Positions 9,867 through 18,630 of a stretch of DNA of 25,844 nucleotides are shown piece by piece. The notes under the pieces were generated by a model. That model was not told the origin of the DNA, did not search any database, and saw only the letters and a list, made by a program, of their open reading frames with translations. A program made the position numbers and the translations under genes. The number at the start of each line of letters is the position of its first letter. The stretch's first letter is position 1. The DNA is from Promethearchaeia archaeon (lineage in GTDB: Archaea > Asgardarchaeota > Lokiarchaeia > Sigyniarchaeales > SOKP01): assembly GCA_046497275.1 (NCBI GenBank), contig JAWOFX010000172.1:1-25844 (forward strand), written 5' to 3'.

Positions 9867-10955
9867 TTAACTATTACTTTTAGCCAATAATTTATCTAAT
9901 TCAGCTGCAACCTTATCCGATTTTCCATCCTTAATCCAATATCGAATTTTTTTTGATTTTAAAAGAGTTTGTATTTTTTCATTAATTTCATTTAACTTTT
10001 GCTTATCTTCTTTTGATAATTGTGGAATTTTTTCTTCCATTTCCTGAACTTCTTTTTCCACTTCCTGTTCAATAAGTGGAATCTCGATATTTGCTTTTCC
10101 CTCAACTATCCGTTTTCTAATAATTTCCTTAAGATATTTTATCCATCCTTCGATCCAAGGAAAATAACCAGGTTTTTTTGGGTCTTCGATTCTAATATCG
10201 GTACGATTCACTATAATTAAATCATCAGGACAAGAATTCACACACGCACCGCAATAACAACAATCATCTTCATTGCACGCAATTTTTCCGTATTTCTTCA
10301 CTTCTTCTGCAGTTTGAGGGATAAAAAAAGATTCAACAGGACAAATATTTACACATGCTTTACAACCTGTTGGATCACATTTATAGAGCATGTGTTCTTT
10401 TAAGACAACTTCTCCTAATATGGGCGATTTTATTTTAAAGCATTGAGTAGGACATTCTTCTTGAATTTTGTAGTATGCTTTAACATTATTTCTCTCACGC
10501 GAATTCACACATATCTGACATATCTCGTTCGATTCATCATATTCACATTCTTCCTCATCGATTTCATAAAATTTACCAATATGTGGATATTGATCCATAT
10601 CTATTTTTCCTTGTGGCTTTATATTTTCATGGAAGGCATCATTTGGACATACTATAGCACAAAGCATACAATAACAGCATTTTTCATGATCAATCATTAT
10701 TTTTGGATTTGATTCATCCATGAGCCCTTGAGCAATTTCAGGTATAGGTCCAAGTTCAATAGCATCCACAGGACAAACTTCCTTACATAAACTACATCCT
10801 ATACATTTTTCTATATCATAAGTAAGCTTTTTATCAACATCTTTGTATTTCCACGATAAAATAAGCTTATTTGGTTCCATGTCAAGACTTTTTTTTATTT
10901 CTTCATCTTGATCTTGAGATTCGTCTTTAGAAGTTGCTTCAGAAATATAGATCAC
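9867..10955 (-). CDS. Polyferredoxin (multi-[4Fe-4S], FwdF-like)
   Basis: CIGCSLCKEVCP, CCYCMLCAIVCP, CDPTGCKACVNICP, CCYCGACVNSCP, and a split C-x8-CQIC...ECP motif. Confidence 0.88.
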   Translation of the reverse strand: MIYISEATSKDESQDQDEEIKKSLDMEPNKLILSWKYKDVDKKLTYDIEKCIGCSLCKEVCPVDAIELGPIPEIAQGLMDESNPKIMIDHEKCCYCMLCAIVCPNDAFHENIKPQGKIDMDQYPHIGKFYEIDEEECEYDESNEICQICVNSRERNNVKAYYKIQEECPTQCFKIKSPILGEVVLKEHMLYKCDPTGCKACVNICPVESFFIPQTAEEVKKYGKIACNEDDCCYCGACVNSCPDDLIIVNRTDIRIEDPKKPGYFPWIEGWIKYLKEIIRKRIVEGKANIEIPLIEQEVEKEVQEMEEKIPQLSKEDKQKLNEINEKIQTLLKSKKIRYWIKDGKSDKVAAELDKLLAKSNS

Positions 10956-11217
10956 ATCAAATTATTTTTAATACTACTGATTAGTTAAGTGAATCATTTT
11001 TACTTATTTTTATTGTTTTATTCTCAAAATGATTTAATATTTAAAATCTCTAATTTATAAATGTTTATTGTAAAAGCAAGGCAAATGTTATTTTATATTT
11101 TATTTTGGTGTATCTAAGTATTACTATTAAGCCAAAAATCAATTAAGCAAATTTTTTAATTTTATAATCAATAGAATTCTTAGAATTGTTATTGACAAAT
11201 AATTAAAATGTTAATTT

Positions 11218-11730
11218 TTATTCGAAATAAACTAAAATATCTCCACTACATCTTTCTTGAGTGTTTAATAGACATTTTTTAATTTTTGGCTCAATTTTAT
11301 GCTTCAATCCTAATTCTTTCAGCCAACAACTTACTCGATAAATCACTCCACATTCATATTCCTCTTGTACTCCTAATTTCTTCATTCCTTCAAACGCAAA
11401 ACATTTTCCCATCTCCCAATGAATACGGTTGCTACCTGGGAATGAGTAGGTGAAATCCATAAAGTCTCCCTTCAATACACTAAAGGCATCATTGACGAAT
11501 TTCTTTAATTCTTCATAATTAGATACCCTACTATCTCTGAATTTAGATAATTTCTTAACCCTATTTATTTCAAATGAGGATAATGTTTTTATAGCTCCTT
11601 TATTAAGTTTATTTGCCTTTTTAATTCCATAATGAAGGTAACAATTTAAAAACCACGCTCCATCATGAGTCATCCAATTTTTTACTAAGAGGTTTTTCAA
11701 TTCTTCTTTATTTAAGTTATCTAAAAGCAT
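11218..11730 (-). CDS. DUF6125-like / V4R-fold small-ligand-binding protein
   Basis: NWMTHDGAWF N-terminal motif and Cys pattern (KCFAF, ECGVIYRV..W, KCL..RC) recalled from this family. Confidence 0.65.
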   Translation of the reverse strand: MLLDNLNKEELKNLLVKNWMTHDGAWFLNCYLHYGIKKANKLNKGAIKTLSSFEINRVKKLSKFRDSRVSNYEELKKFVNDAFSVLKGDFMDFTYSFPGSNRIHWEMGKCFAFEGMKKLGVQEEYECGVIYRVSCWLKELGLKHKIEPKIKKCLLNTQERCSGDILVYFE

Positions 11731-11930
11731 AATATCACGCCTAAAAACTAATATTGACTTAGACTAATATTAATATTAAGGTTTAAGAATTAAAGATTCT
11801 ATTCTTATTGTGCCTTTTGTCCAATTATTTAGTGTATTTTTAAATTAATATCTAAATCATCTTGAAATAAATTAAAGGATTTATAAAAAAAGCGATTATT
11901 GGAAAATTTACTTACAATGAAAAATTTAAT

Positions 11931-12656
11931 TTATTTAGAGATTTGAATAGAAATATCTATATATCTTTCTTTATGATCAGCTGAAATAGCGATATCCTCC
12001 ACATCGCAATTTATTTTCATGTTTAAGTTTTGTAAATAAATGCCTTCTGTGATTCCACATGCGATATCGAAAAAATAGAGAAATTTGCCCGAGGGCTCTA
12101 AAAACTCGGAATTTTTTAATCTAAAAGTAATCTTATTATTTTTTAATTCAACAATTTCTATATCTAAATCATCTTGAAAAAAATCAAATGAATTATAAAA
12201 ATGTTGAAATAACTTTAACTTTGGAATTATATCTAAGCTTTTTTTAGCTCTTTTAAATTCTTCTATATATTTATCTCCTATTGGAAATTGAAATTCTTCC
12301 GTTATTATTCTTCCAATTTCTTTAAATATCTCATTTTTGTTTGGAATTCGTTGTTTGAGACCAGCAAGTAAAGCCTTAATAAAAGAGACAAACATCTCTT
12401 TTCTAATATATTTCCTTTGTTTTCTGTAATATACACTGGCAGCAGCGATTTCTCTTTTATCAACTAATAATTCTTCCTCAAAAATACTCATATATTTCGA
12501 TATTGTATTTCTGTGGAATCCTGTTTTCTCTGAAAGCTCTGTTATAGTCAATCCAAAGGGATGATCTTCCAAAGTTTCCAATATTTCTTTTCTATAATTC
12601 AAATTTTTAGTTTTAGTCATAATATTTCCATATCCTTTTAACAGGGAAATTCCCAA
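11931..12656 (-). CDS. Winged-HTH transcriptional regulator with a C-terminal V4R-like domain
   Basis: HPFGLTITELSEKTGFHRNTISKYM HTH; C-terminal IGR..., CGITEGI and CDVE typical of V4R; true start may be the Met at codon 13. Confidence 0.82.
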   Translation of the reverse strand: MGISLLKGYGNIMTKTKNLNYRKEILETLEDHPFGLTITELSEKTGFHRNTISKYMSIFEEELLVDKREIAAASVYYRKQRKYIRKEMFVSFIKALLAGLKQRIPNKNEIFKEIGRIITEEFQFPIGDKYIEEFKRAKKSLDIIPKLKLFQHFYNSFDFFQDDLDIEIVELKNNKITFRLKNSEFLEPSGKFLYFFDIACGITEGIYLQNLNMKINCDVEDIAISADHKERYIDISIQISK

Positions 12657-12742
12657 ATCATATTAAAATATTATTCAAATGTGATAATCTAATTAATTTA
12701 TATAATAATTCAATCAAATTAAAAGTAAAATTTATCGATTAA

Positions 12743-12758
12743 TGTGCATATGTGCACA
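12743..12758. promoter_or_regulatory. Inverted repeat TGTGCA-tatg-TGCACA, candidate operator
   Basis: Perfect 6-bp arms in the otherwise AT-rich divergent intergenic region, 4 nt before TTAAATA (12763-12769). Confidence 0.55.
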
Positions 12759-12878
12759 ATACTTAAATATTCACTCTTCGATATAATTATGTAATATAAT
12801 TCAATTTGTGAATAAAATTTCAAGACTTTTTGATCTATTAGAAAAATTCTTTACTAATTAAATAAGAAAAGTGATAAT

Positions 12879-14726
12879 ATGATAGAAGATCGTATGTTAT
12901 TAACTACCCCAACGTATCCCTACCCAACTCTTCCAGCAAATGATTCCCTTACCGACGCTACGGGACAGAGATTCACGAAGGGGGATGATATTTTTACATT
13001 AATTTCCCATACGCATTGCTACGCAAATCACATTTTAGCGCAAAATATTGATATCCCAGCAACTTTATTAGAATATCCCAGATGGGAAGATTTTACTGAA
13101 GAAGTTGATAAAAATTATGCTACAATAGGAATCAGCGCATTTCCTGTCCATCTTCAAACAGTCATAAAAATGTGTAAATATATTAGAGAAAATTCTCCAG
13201 ATACGACTATCCTTTTAGGTTCATACGCAGCACAAGCGTTTAAGGGAAGATATGACGAAGAGACTCAGAAAAAATATGTTGATCATGTGGTAAAAGGTGA
13301 AGGAGTTAAATTTCTAAGAGAATATCTCGGGGAGGAAACTGGGCGTCCCATTGACCAAAGATTAATGCCTAAATGTGGAGGAGTTCCATGGTTTATAGAC
13401 AGATTTCCCATAGGGAATGTAGGCTTTCTTGTATCTGGGCTAGGGTGCCCAGGTGGATGTGATTTTTGCTCGACCACAGAAATGTATGGATTTAAACGGC
13501 TCCAATTACTCTCTCCAGAGGAATTCATAAAACATATTGAATTATACCAAAAACATTTTCCCAATGTAAGACAAATATTTACAATTGAAGAGGATCATTT
13601 TAGACATCCTGAATATTTGATAAAAACGAAAGATTATTGGGGGAAGAATCCGGAAGTAGTAGAATCAATGGATTGGTTAGCTTTTGGTTCAGTTGATAAT
13701 ATTTGGAAGTTTGCTGATAAATATGGCTGGGATGCAGTAGCAGAGATAGGTATTGGTGCTATATTTATCGGAGTGGAATCTAAATTTGGTGGCGAGCATG
13801 GTTATGATAAAATAAGCGAGATTGACGCGAGAGAATTATTTCATAAACTTCATTCAATGGGAATTAGAACATTAGGAGCATGGATCTGTGGATGGGATTG
13901 GCATGATCATTCAAATATGTATGAAGATCTAAATTATTTTGTGGCATGTTATCCAACTTTCGTCCAGTTAACCAGATTGAGTCCATTTCCGGGGACTGTT
14001 CTCTATGATAAATTAAAGGAAGAGGGAAGAGTGAAGAATGTCCCTTGGGAAGATGTTCATTTTTGGAGTGGAGCCCAAGAAAATATTTCTTTAGAAACAC
14101 ATGAAACTCTGAATTTAACAGAATATGGCTATGACTTGCTCTATAGAACATGGGGACCTTCAGTACTTAGAAAGCTAGATGTCACCCTTAATGGATATGA
14201 GTATTGTTTACAATCTGATAATCCAATAATGCAAGAACATAAGTCTAAATTTTTCAAACAACAAGCAGCTGTGTTATGGAATTTAATTCCCGCAATGGAT
14301 AGATTCGCTCCAAATGGAGTAGTTAGGCGAAGAGTAAGAAAAATGGACGAAAAATATAGAGATCTTATAGGAGAACCTACCGCAGTTATGGAATTTTTAG
14401 GTAAGGTTGTTGATAAACTCGCAAAAGATTTTAAAAAGAAAGATTTTCTCGATCCTTTTAACAGACATCCAAAAGAAGAACCCTTTAAGCGTTATAAATA
14501 TGAGAAAGATGATAAGTTGCGAGATGGGGCAATTCCTTATACAACTGAATTTCCAGGTCACACCCCTTTAAAAACTACACTCTCTATGGGATGGAATAGT
14601 TTCAAATTTCGTATGTTAGGAAATTATTGTAAATTTTTGAAAGGATTAAAGAAGAAAAAGAGTGACACTGAAATTGATGGTTATCTTATCGAAAGTGTGA
14701 AAAAAAGAAATTTTATTGCTTTTTAG
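12879..14726 (+). CDS. Cobalamin-dependent (class B-like) radical SAM protein
   Basis: CPGGCDFC cluster motif; upstream B12-binding-like segment (IGISAFP..LLGSYAA..VVKGEGV); IGVES; LSPFPGTVLY. Confidence 0.85.
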   Translation: MIEDRMLLTTPTYPYPTLPANDSLTDATGQRFTKGDDIFTLISHTHCYANHILAQNIDIPATLLEYPRWEDFTEEVDKNYATIGISAFPVHLQTVIKMCKYIRENSPDTTILLGSYAAQAFKGRYDEETQKKYVDHVVKGEGVKFLREYLGEETGRPIDQRLMPKCGGVPWFIDRFPIGNVGFLVSGLGCPGGCDFCSTTEMYGFKRLQLLSPEEFIKHIELYQKHFPNVRQIFTIEEDHFRHPEYLIKTKDYWGKNPEVVESMDWLAFGSVDNIWKFADKYGWDAVAEIGIGAIFIGVESKFGGEHGYDKISEIDARELFHKLHSMGIRTLGAWICGWDWHDHSNMYEDLNYFVACYPTFVQLTRLSPFPGTVLYDKLKEEGRVKNVPWEDVHFWSGAQENISLETHETLNLTEYGYDLLYRTWGPSVLRKLDVTLNGYEYCLQSDNPIMQEHKSKFFKQQAAVLWNLIPAMDRFAPNGVVRRRVRKMDEKYRDLIGEPTAVMEFLGKVVDKLAKDFKKKDFLDPFNRHPKEEPFKRYKYEKDDKLRDGAIPYTTEFPGHTPLKTTLSMGWNSFKFRMLGNYCKFLKGLKKKKSDTEIDGYLIESVKKRNFIAF

Positions 14727-14768
14727 CATCCTTTTTTTAATATTTTTATTTTAAGAAATTGATGAGAT

Positions 14769-15116
14769 ATGATAAATGATATTTCTAAATACTCAAATAC
14801 ACCTATTAAACATATGCCCGAGGATTATTGTCCTACTCATGAAATGTATTTCTTTGAAAATCAGAAAGGATTAAATAAGGGAAAAAGAATGTTTTATAGC
14901 GATTCAATCAAAAGTTGGGGACATGAGGGATTAAATATTGAAGTTAGGGCGATATTGGGAAGATGGGACCCATTGGCTCAAAATGAAGTGATTAAACAAT
15001 GGATTAAAAAATTACCCCATTTGAAAAATAATATAAAAATTTAGAAGAATGTGGGACATTTCGTCGAAGAAGTAAAATACACTGATATTGCAAACTTAAT
15101 ATTAAAATTAGCCTAA
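14769..15116 (+). pseudogene. Internally deleted paralogue of the alpha/beta hydrolase at 22948-24009
   Basis: N-terminus (DISKYSNTP..PEDYCP..FY) joined in frame to the C-terminus (AILGRWDPLAQNEVIKQWI); TAG at 15042-15044, then KNVGHFVEE..LA* continues in frame to 15116. Confidence 0.85.
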
Positions 15117-15153
15117 TTATTAATTAAATAATTTTTTATTTGAGTTAAAAATA

Positions 15154-15882
15154 TCATTGATTTTTATTTTGAAATATGAGGAGATCTCTTGATCCAATTA
15201 AAATGAATTTTTTATTTAGACATATTCTCCTCCATTTATCAGTATGAAAAGATGTATTTTCATAGGGAACGGAAATCCTATATTTTAATTTCAAAAAATT
15301 TGACAAAATTTTTTCACATTCAAATCCTAAATCTATTAACTCTCTATTTTGTTCCCTTTTGTTAGAAATTATTAATGCTAAAAAACCATCTCTAGTTAAG
15401 CTGGTAAGAAATTTCTTCGCAGTCAATTCTATAGCATTTAAGAATTCTCTTAAATTTAGATTAGATAGATCTGTTCTTTCATTAGTATATTTACTTTTAT
15501 TCATATTAAAATAAGGAGGATCTAAGACAATTAATTTAAATATATTTGATTTAAAAGGGTTTTTATCTTCAATTACATTAAATTTCTTTATCTTTTTATT
15601 AACTGGATTAATATCTAATCCAATAACTCTTCTTCTCATTAGGTTTCCTGCATCCACCCCAGTACCACTACCACAAAAAACATCAAGAATATAATCATTT
15701 AAATCAGTAAAAAAATAGTATAGATTGATATAGATTTGACCTGGTATCCTTCCAGGATAAGGAAACCCAAATCTGTTGTCACATTTCTTAAAATGCCAAT
15801 TCGTTGTCGTTCTAATTATTTTTGGGTTTATTAATCTTAAATCATGAGGTAGATCCGTATTTTCTTGAACTAATTTTCTCAT
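15154..15882 (-). CDS. DNA amino-methyltransferase (DPPY, probably N6-adenine)
   Basis: YPGRIP (motif X-like), ILDVFCGSGT (motif I), GLDIN, catalytic VLDPPY (motif IV). Confidence 0.85.
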   Translation of the reverse strand: MRKLVQENTDLPHDLRLINPKIIRTTTNWHFKKCDNRFGFPYPGRIPGQIYINLYYFFTDLNDYILDVFCGSGTGVDAGNLMRRRVIGLDINPVNKKIKKFNVIEDKNPFKSNIFKLIVLDPPYFNMNKSKYTNERTDLSNLNLREFLNAIELTAKKFLTSLTRDGFLALIISNKREQNRELIDLGFECEKILSNFLKLKYRISVPYENTSFHTDKWRRICLNKKFILIGSRDLLIFQNKNQ

Positions 15883-16025
15883 TAATCATGTTTTTTTTAT
15901 ATATAAGTATAAAAAACCGTAAAAATTATTTTTAATAGTTATTTTATTAGATCTCTATAAGCGTTTAAAACGGTAAAAATCTAATTCATAAATAATATAT
16001 TTTGAACTAATTTAAATCAGAAAAA

Positions 16026-16520
16026 ATGAAAGAAAAAGATTATTATCCGATAATTAAGGTTTGGTTAAGAAATTTATTAGAAAGCTATTTTCCTAATAAG
16101 AATATCCATGTTTTTGACAGCTCGAATATTTATTTAGATAAACTTATTCAGGAAAATAATTGGACGAACTATCGTTCTGATTATGCAACTTATCAAATTA
16201 AAATTGATATTTTGGGAGTAATAATTGATGATGGAAAAATGGATTTTGTTTTCATTGAAGTGAAGAATACTAAAATTAGCTTAAAGGATGTTTCTCAATT
16301 ATTAGGTTATAGTAGAGTTGCGAATCCAATCTATTCAATAATAACCTCACCAAAATGGATTAGTAAACCAATAAGAATTTTATTTGATACTTATAGAAGA
16401 TTTGATATATTAAAATATGATCATAATAGAACCATAAAAGTATGTAAATGGGATAAAAACAAGAATGATATTGATTATAATTTAATATATCCAGGTAAAC
16501 CATTGTTTAATTCTTCTTAA
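16026..16520 (+). CDS. Small stand-alone PD-(D/E)XK nuclease-fold protein
   Basis: N-terminal E-bearing helix (EKDYYP), KIDILG, FIEVK (ExK) and QLLGY (QxxxY as in Mrr/RecB-type nucleases). Confidence 0.72.
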   Translation: MKEKDYYPIIKVWLRNLLESYFPNKNIHVFDSSNIYLDKLIQENNWTNYRSDYATYQIKIDILGVIIDDGKMDFVFIEVKNTKISLKDVSQLLGYSRVANPIYSIITSPKWISKPIRILFDTYRRFDILKYDHNRTIKVCKWDKNKNDIDYNLIYPGKPLFNSS

Positions 16521-16525
16521 AATTT

Positions 16526-17455
16526 CTATTCTTCTTCATTCATGTAATTATTCATAAATTTCTGTTGATTAAATTCCTTACAACCTAAATCTCTACAAAT
16601 TTGCCAAAATGTATCATAATGGTTTCCTCTAATTTCGTCTGGTAAATCTTTATCATTTTCATCTGGATGGGGGGGATTTTTTCTTATTTTCCTTTCCATT
16701 TTTTTTATAGGATCACAGATACTACTTGAAATACCTTTCTCCTTATTTTCTTTAGCAAATTCTTGCGATTTATTATTCTTATGAGTAATATAAAATCCAA
16801 TGCTTTCAAAATCATGATTATATACCTTTATTTGATGTTCTCTTTTCGTCCACTTTTGATCTGGAGAATTTCTTAGATTAGGATGGCCCCAAGTCATAGT
16901 TTGAACGGGGATATTTAAATGATTCTGTAATAAATCACAAATTTGTATCGGTAAGTGCCAATTTTGATTTAAAACATCGATATAAATTCTATGACCTCCA
17001 TTTATATAAGCATTACTTTTCCTTACCTTTCCATTAACATCCACAAATCCTCTCATAAATTCTTTCTTAAAACTAATTGGAGATATAAATATTTCCTCAG
17101 GGACAGAAAATTCAGTGTAATCTTTTTTATTATTCAATAGCATCTGAATATCTCTGATAAAAAGAGTTTTCCTAGGAATTTCAAAAACTATTGAAACATA
17201 ATCATCACCTGGTTTTTTAAATGGGGTATTTGTTGTTAATTCGCTTAAACGATTAATTATAACATCAACACTCACTAACAAGGCATTTATATCACCCTCT
17301 CTGTCCCATGGAGATTCACCAATACGTAAGTTAGAATATGGAATCTCTATCGAAATAGTATAATGACCTCTATGCTCTAATATCGTTCCTCTGGCGACTA
17401 ACATTCCTAATAAATATGAGACATCTTCATCTAAATAATCAATAATTTTAATCAT
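16526..17455 (-). CDS. Double-motif LAGLIDADG-fold protein lacking the canonical catalytic acidic residues (start at ATG 17455)
   Basis: SYLLGMLVARG and EFMRGFVDVNG resemble LAGLIDADG helices; ATG overlaps the upstream MTase stop (ATGATTAA, 8 nt). Confidence 0.68.
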   Translation of the reverse strand: MIKIIDYLDEDVSYLLGMLVARGTILEHRGHYTISIEIPYSNLRIGESPWDREGDINALLVSVDVIINRLSELTTNTPFKKPGDDYVSIVFEIPRKTLFIRDIQMLLNNKKDYTEFSVPEEIFISPISFKKEFMRGFVDVNGKVRKSNAYINGGHRIYIDVLNQNWHLPIQICDLLQNHLNIPVQTMTWGHPNLRNSPDQKWTKREHQIKVYNHDFESIGFYITHKNNKSQEFAKENKEKGISSSICDPIKKMERKIRKNPPHPDENDKDLPDEIRGNHYDTFWQICRDLGCKEFNQQKFMNNYMNEEE

Positions 17456-18302
17456 CAACCCTTTTTTGGAATAATAAAATATATTCATGTATCCTGTTAA
17501 CTCTGAAGACTGTTGGATATCCCAAAGGTCTCAAGTTATTATATTCCATTTGTCTATTCCATATTATAATATCATCAAGATAAAATCCAATTTCTCTCAT
17601 AAAATCTACAGTATCAATATGAAATGAATAGAATTTATCTTTTTTACGTATATCCATTAGGATTATTATGCAAAATTTATCCTTTTTGAGAAGAGAATAT
17701 ATTTGTTTAAAGATTTTTTTTAATTTTAACAAAAATTCATTATAATCTTCTATATTACCTAAATCTTGTTCATTATCGGAATAGGGTCGAATTTCTTTAT
17801 TATCAGCAGAACGTTTCATTCTTAGAATATCCCAATATGGAGGAGAAGTTAAGCATAAATCAATAGAATTTTCTTCTACAAATTCAGATATTTTATTTGC
17901 GTTTTTGTTATATATCTTAATATTTTTTTTCACTTCATTCGTCCCGAAGTTACTTGTAACCTTTTTTTGTTTAATTCTTTCCTTGAAAAGATCGATGTAA
18001 TTTTTATTAATTTCAAAACCTATTGCTTTTCTTTTATTATTTTTAGCTGATATTAGGGTACTTCCAGAACCAAAAAAAGGATCTAAAATAACATCTCCAG
18101 GTTTAGTAAAAATGTTTATAATTCGATCACATAATTTTAATGGAAACATTGCAGGGTGTCCTAGCTTTCTTTCCTCGGGTGTTTTAACTATATCCCAAAC
18201 ACTAATTGAATATTTTAACCATTTTTTACCATTTAAATTATTCAATCTTTTCTCATTTGATTCTATTTCATCTTCAGGAATTTCATTTTTTAGTTCAGTC
18301 AT
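17448..18302 (-). CDS. DNA amino-methyltransferase (SPPY, probably N4-cytosine)
   Basis: HPAMFP (motif X), VILDPFFGSGST (motif I), GFEIN, LTSPPYW (motif IV), IIIWN, HEYILLF. Confidence 0.92.
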   Translation of the reverse strand: MTELKNEIPEDEIESNEKRLNNLNGKKWLKYSISVWDIVKTPEERKLGHPAMFPLKLCDRIINIFTKPGDVILDPFFGSGSTLISAKNNKRKAIGFEINKNYIDLFKERIKQKKVTSNFGTNEVKKNIKIYNKNANKISEFVEENSIDLCLTSPPYWDILRMKRSADNKEIRPYSDNEQDLGNIEDYNEFLLKLKKIFKQIYSLLKKDKFCIIILMDIRKKDKFYSFHIDTVDFMREIGFYLDDIIIWNRQMEYNNLRPLGYPTVFRVNRIHEYILLFQKRVDD

Positions 18303-18499
18303 CGTATAAAACTATTTGATTCCTTTAAATTTTAATATGATTATTAAATTATTAATTAATTCTATTAAGGATTATTTCATCGGTATTTAAATAAAAAAAG
18401 ACTCTGAAATATAAGTTAATTTCATTTTAATTTTAAATTTTTATTTATAAAGGTTTATTTTTAATATGAGTAAACGAGTTGATAATAGTAATTGTGAAA

Positions 18500-18625
18500 A
18501 TGCAAAATTTCTTAATCGAAATAGAGGATCTTTCCAATATAGATATAAATAAGCGAATAAAGAAGATTGTGAAATCAATTGAGAAGGAGGATTTTAAGAT
18601 AATCAATTTTTTAGAATTAATTTAA
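18500..18625 (+). CDS. Possible 41-aa ORF (MQNFLIEIEDLSNIDINKRIKKIVKSIEKEDFKIINFLELI)
   Basis: Open frame with helical, protein-like composition; its stop is 5 nt from the convergent AbrB-like stop; no motif. Confidence 0.25.
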   Translation: MQNFLIEIEDLSNIDINKRIKKIVKSIEKEDFKIINFLELI

Positions 18626-18630
18626 ATAAA

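Noticed and set aside
10020-10712. Two plus-strand ORFs (66 and 89 aa)
   Set aside because: Antisense shadows of the polyferredoxin; Phe/Ile-rich composition typical of reverse frames
13283-14151. Two minus-strand ORFs (93 and 95 aa)
   Set aside because: Antisense shadows within the radical SAM gene
15042-15044. Pyrrolysine read-through at the in-frame TAG
   Set aside because: The gene already lacks its catalytic core, the aligned residue is Phe, and no pyl genes are in the window
16526-17455. Intein or active homing endonuclease interpretation of the LAGLIDADG-like ORF
   Set aside because: No intein splicing motifs (N-terminal C/S, C-terminal HN), it is a separate ORF from the MTase, and the catalytic acidic positions are R and N
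18112-18309. 65-aa plus-strand ORF as an RM controller (C) protein
   Set aside because: Antisense to the MTase and shows no HTH pattern
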